Made by a program: the position numbers and the translations under genes
Origin: Vibrio vulnificus CMCP6
GTDB taxonomy: Bacteria; Pseudomonadota; Gammaproteobacteria; Enterobacterales; Vibrionaceae
Reading direction: 5' to 3'
DNA: 32,000 nucleotides
Assembly (NCBI RefSeq): GCF_000039765.1
Contig: NC_004459.3
Span: forward strand, 1,560,001 to 1,592,000
In this document: piece after piece, positions 30,249 to 32,000 of the stretch
Numbering within the stretch: position 1 is the stretch's first letter
How the letters are laid out: each line of letters starts with the position of its first letter
The notes under the pieces: model-generated
Database searches by the model: none
Told to the model about the DNA's origin: nothing
Seen by the model: the letters and a program-made list of their open reading frames with translations, nothing else

Positions 30249-31118
30249 TTACGCCCCTATAAGATAGTTGAGATACCAAGACATCAAGCTATCTCCCCAC
30301 ATCAAGGCGACCCAACCAGCAATGGCCAGATAAGGCCCAAATGGAAAAGCCATCTCAATACCTTGCTTTTGCAATCTGAGTTGAATGAGACCAAAGATCA
30401 GCCCGACAACCGAAGAAAGTAAGATGATCATCGGTAGATATTGCCAGCCGAGCCAAGCTCCAAGTGCCGCAAGCAATTTAAAGTCTCCGTAACCCATGCC
30501 TTCTTTCCCTGTCAGCAATCTGAAAAGGTGATAAACGCTCCAAAGGCAGAGATAGCCTGCCATCGCACCGAACACTGAATCTTGCAGAGATACTGGGCTT
30601 ATCTCTAGTAACGCTAGCGCGATGCCTGTCCACGTCAGCGGCAGTGTCAGTTGATCAGGCAGTAGCATGGTATCTAAGTCGATGAAGGTGGCGGCGATCA
30701 ACACCAAAGTAAAACCAATCAGTGCTACGGTAATCGGTGCATAACCGAACTTCCAAGCGACTAGGCCGCACAAGAAGGCGCTCAGTGCTTCAACAAAAGG
30801 ATAGCGAGCACTGATTTTCGTCTGGCAATGGTGACATTTTCCTCTTAGAGCTAGCCAACTAAAGACAGGAATATTATCTCGAACTCGTATTGGGGTATGG
30901 CACGAAGGGCAACTTGAACGCGGCGTGCTTAATGTTAGGGTTTCTGTCGGTGGTGTGATGTTGTATTCAGGAAAGGACTCTGCACACTCTTGGCGCCATT
31001 CCAGTTCCATTATTTTCGGTAGACGGTAGATGACGACGTTAAGAAAGCTGCCTACCAGTAAGCCAAACAGGGAAGCTAAACCAATATAAAGCCAAGGGTA
31101 GTATTGTAACGCGTCCAT
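30249..31118 (-). CDS. pilD: Prepilin peptidase PilD (track ORF starts at 31169)
   Basis: '[14 protein letters not shown]', '[34 protein letters not shown]', '[18 protein letters not shown]' (type IV prepilin peptidase catalytic GxGD). Confidence 0.95.
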
Positions 31119-31211
31119 ATAATCGTCGTTCTCTTTGTGGTGTGGGCAAAAATAGCTCAAGCAAGCCAATAGCTTGCTTGATATTACAAAAGGTAAACTG
31201 CGAGGGTTATC

Positions 31212-32000
31212 TTATCCCAGAACACTCATTAAATTAAAGATCGGCAAGTACATTGCGGTGACCAATCCGCCGACGACAACGCCCAGAAAGACGATGATCA
31301 ACGGCTCGAGAATTTTACCGAGGTTGTCGACGGTGTTATCCACTTCAAACTCATAGATGGTGGCAATCTTGTTCAGCATATCGTCCATTTGGCCAGATTC
31401 TTCACCAATCATCACCATTTGCAGCACCAATTCTGGGAAAGCAAGGCTGTTGCGCATGGCGATGTACATTGGCATCCCGGCAGCGGTGTCACGATAAACA
31501 TCTTCAATCGCATATTGGTAATGTAGATTGCCAGCGGTTTTACTGGTGGTTTTTAAACTGGTGAGGATCGGGATACCTGCACTGAAACTGGTGGCCAATG
31601 TGCGGCTAAATTTGGCAATCGCCGCTTTGGATAAGACCCCACCAATCACAGGGATCTTTAAACTCAAGCGTGACATTTTTAAGCGAAATGCGGGTGATTT
31701 TTTGCTTAGACCGCGAAGTAAATAGATAGCGCTGAACAACGTAATGAAAAACCAACTGCTGTAGGCTTGCACAAAATCAGACAGGTCTAAGACTTTTTGC
31801 GTAAACCAAGGCAGTTCTGCGCCGAATCCGGTGAACATTTTGCGAAACTCGGGAATAACCTTGGTCAGCATTAAATAAGAGACGCCCAACGCGACCAGCA
31901 CGACCATGCAGGGATAAATTAGCGCCTTGATCACTTTTGCTCGCAACTGCTCATTTTTTTCCCGATAAAAAGCGAGACGTTCAAAAACTTGATCAAGATT
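31212..32000 (-). CDS. pilC: Type IV pilus inner membrane platform protein PilC, partial (5' end beyond window)
   Basis: '[28 protein letters not shown]', '[28 protein letters not shown]', '[22 protein letters not shown]'. The frame stays open to 32000, beyond the track ORF start at 31946. Confidence 0.95.
   Translation of the reverse strand, partial: NLDQVFERLAFYREKNEQLRAKVIKALIYPCMVVLVALGVSYLMLTKVIPEFRKMFTGFGAELPWFTQKVLDLSDFVQAYSSWFFITLFSAIYLLRGLSKKSPAFRLKMSRLSLKIPVIGGVLSKAAIAKFSRTLATSFSAGIPILTSLKTTSKTAGNLHYQYAIEDVYRDTAAGMPMYIAMRNSLAFPELVLQMVMIGEESGQMDDMLNKIATIYEFEVDNTVDNLGKILEPLIIVFLGVVVGGLVTAMYLPIFNLMSVLG

Noticed and set aside
1-32000. Possible phage, transposon, integron, toxin-antitoxin, defense or biosynthetic island.
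   Set aside because: Nearly every substantial ORF is assigned to a conserved housekeeping or ordinary family in expected Vibrio order. I saw no transposase, integrase, attC-like array or composition break. The tRNA cluster is a possible integration site, but nothing appears integrated next to it.

Overview
This window looks like ordinary core chromosome of a Vibrio species, probably close to V. vulnificus/V. cholerae by protein content; that assignment is from recall, since no search was run. Gene order: rpoS(3' end) <> mutS / pncC(cinA-like)-recA-recX-alaS-aspartate kinase-csrA / tRNA cluster (Ser-Arg-Ser-Arg-Arg-Arg-Arg-Arg) / oadGAB / oxidoreductase-yqaA-like / M16 protease-gshA-SLT transglycosylase-luxS <> CNNM/CorC-like transporter, ccsA-like / ffh-rpsP-rimM-trmD-rplS <> yacG-zapD-coaE-pilD-pilC(partial). 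I see no mobile elements, CRISPR arrays, toxin-antitoxin, defense or biosynthetic islands, and no convincing evidence for a new biological system. The most interesting non-coding features are the tRNA cluster, which has an internal ~286-bp tandem duplication, two covarying acceptor-stem types and inverted repeats flanking individual tRNAs; a 17-bp perfect inverted repeat between the M16 protease gene and gshA; and two short tandem repeat tracts, (CTAGAAAA)x5 and (CCTCAAT)x4, next to conserved genes.
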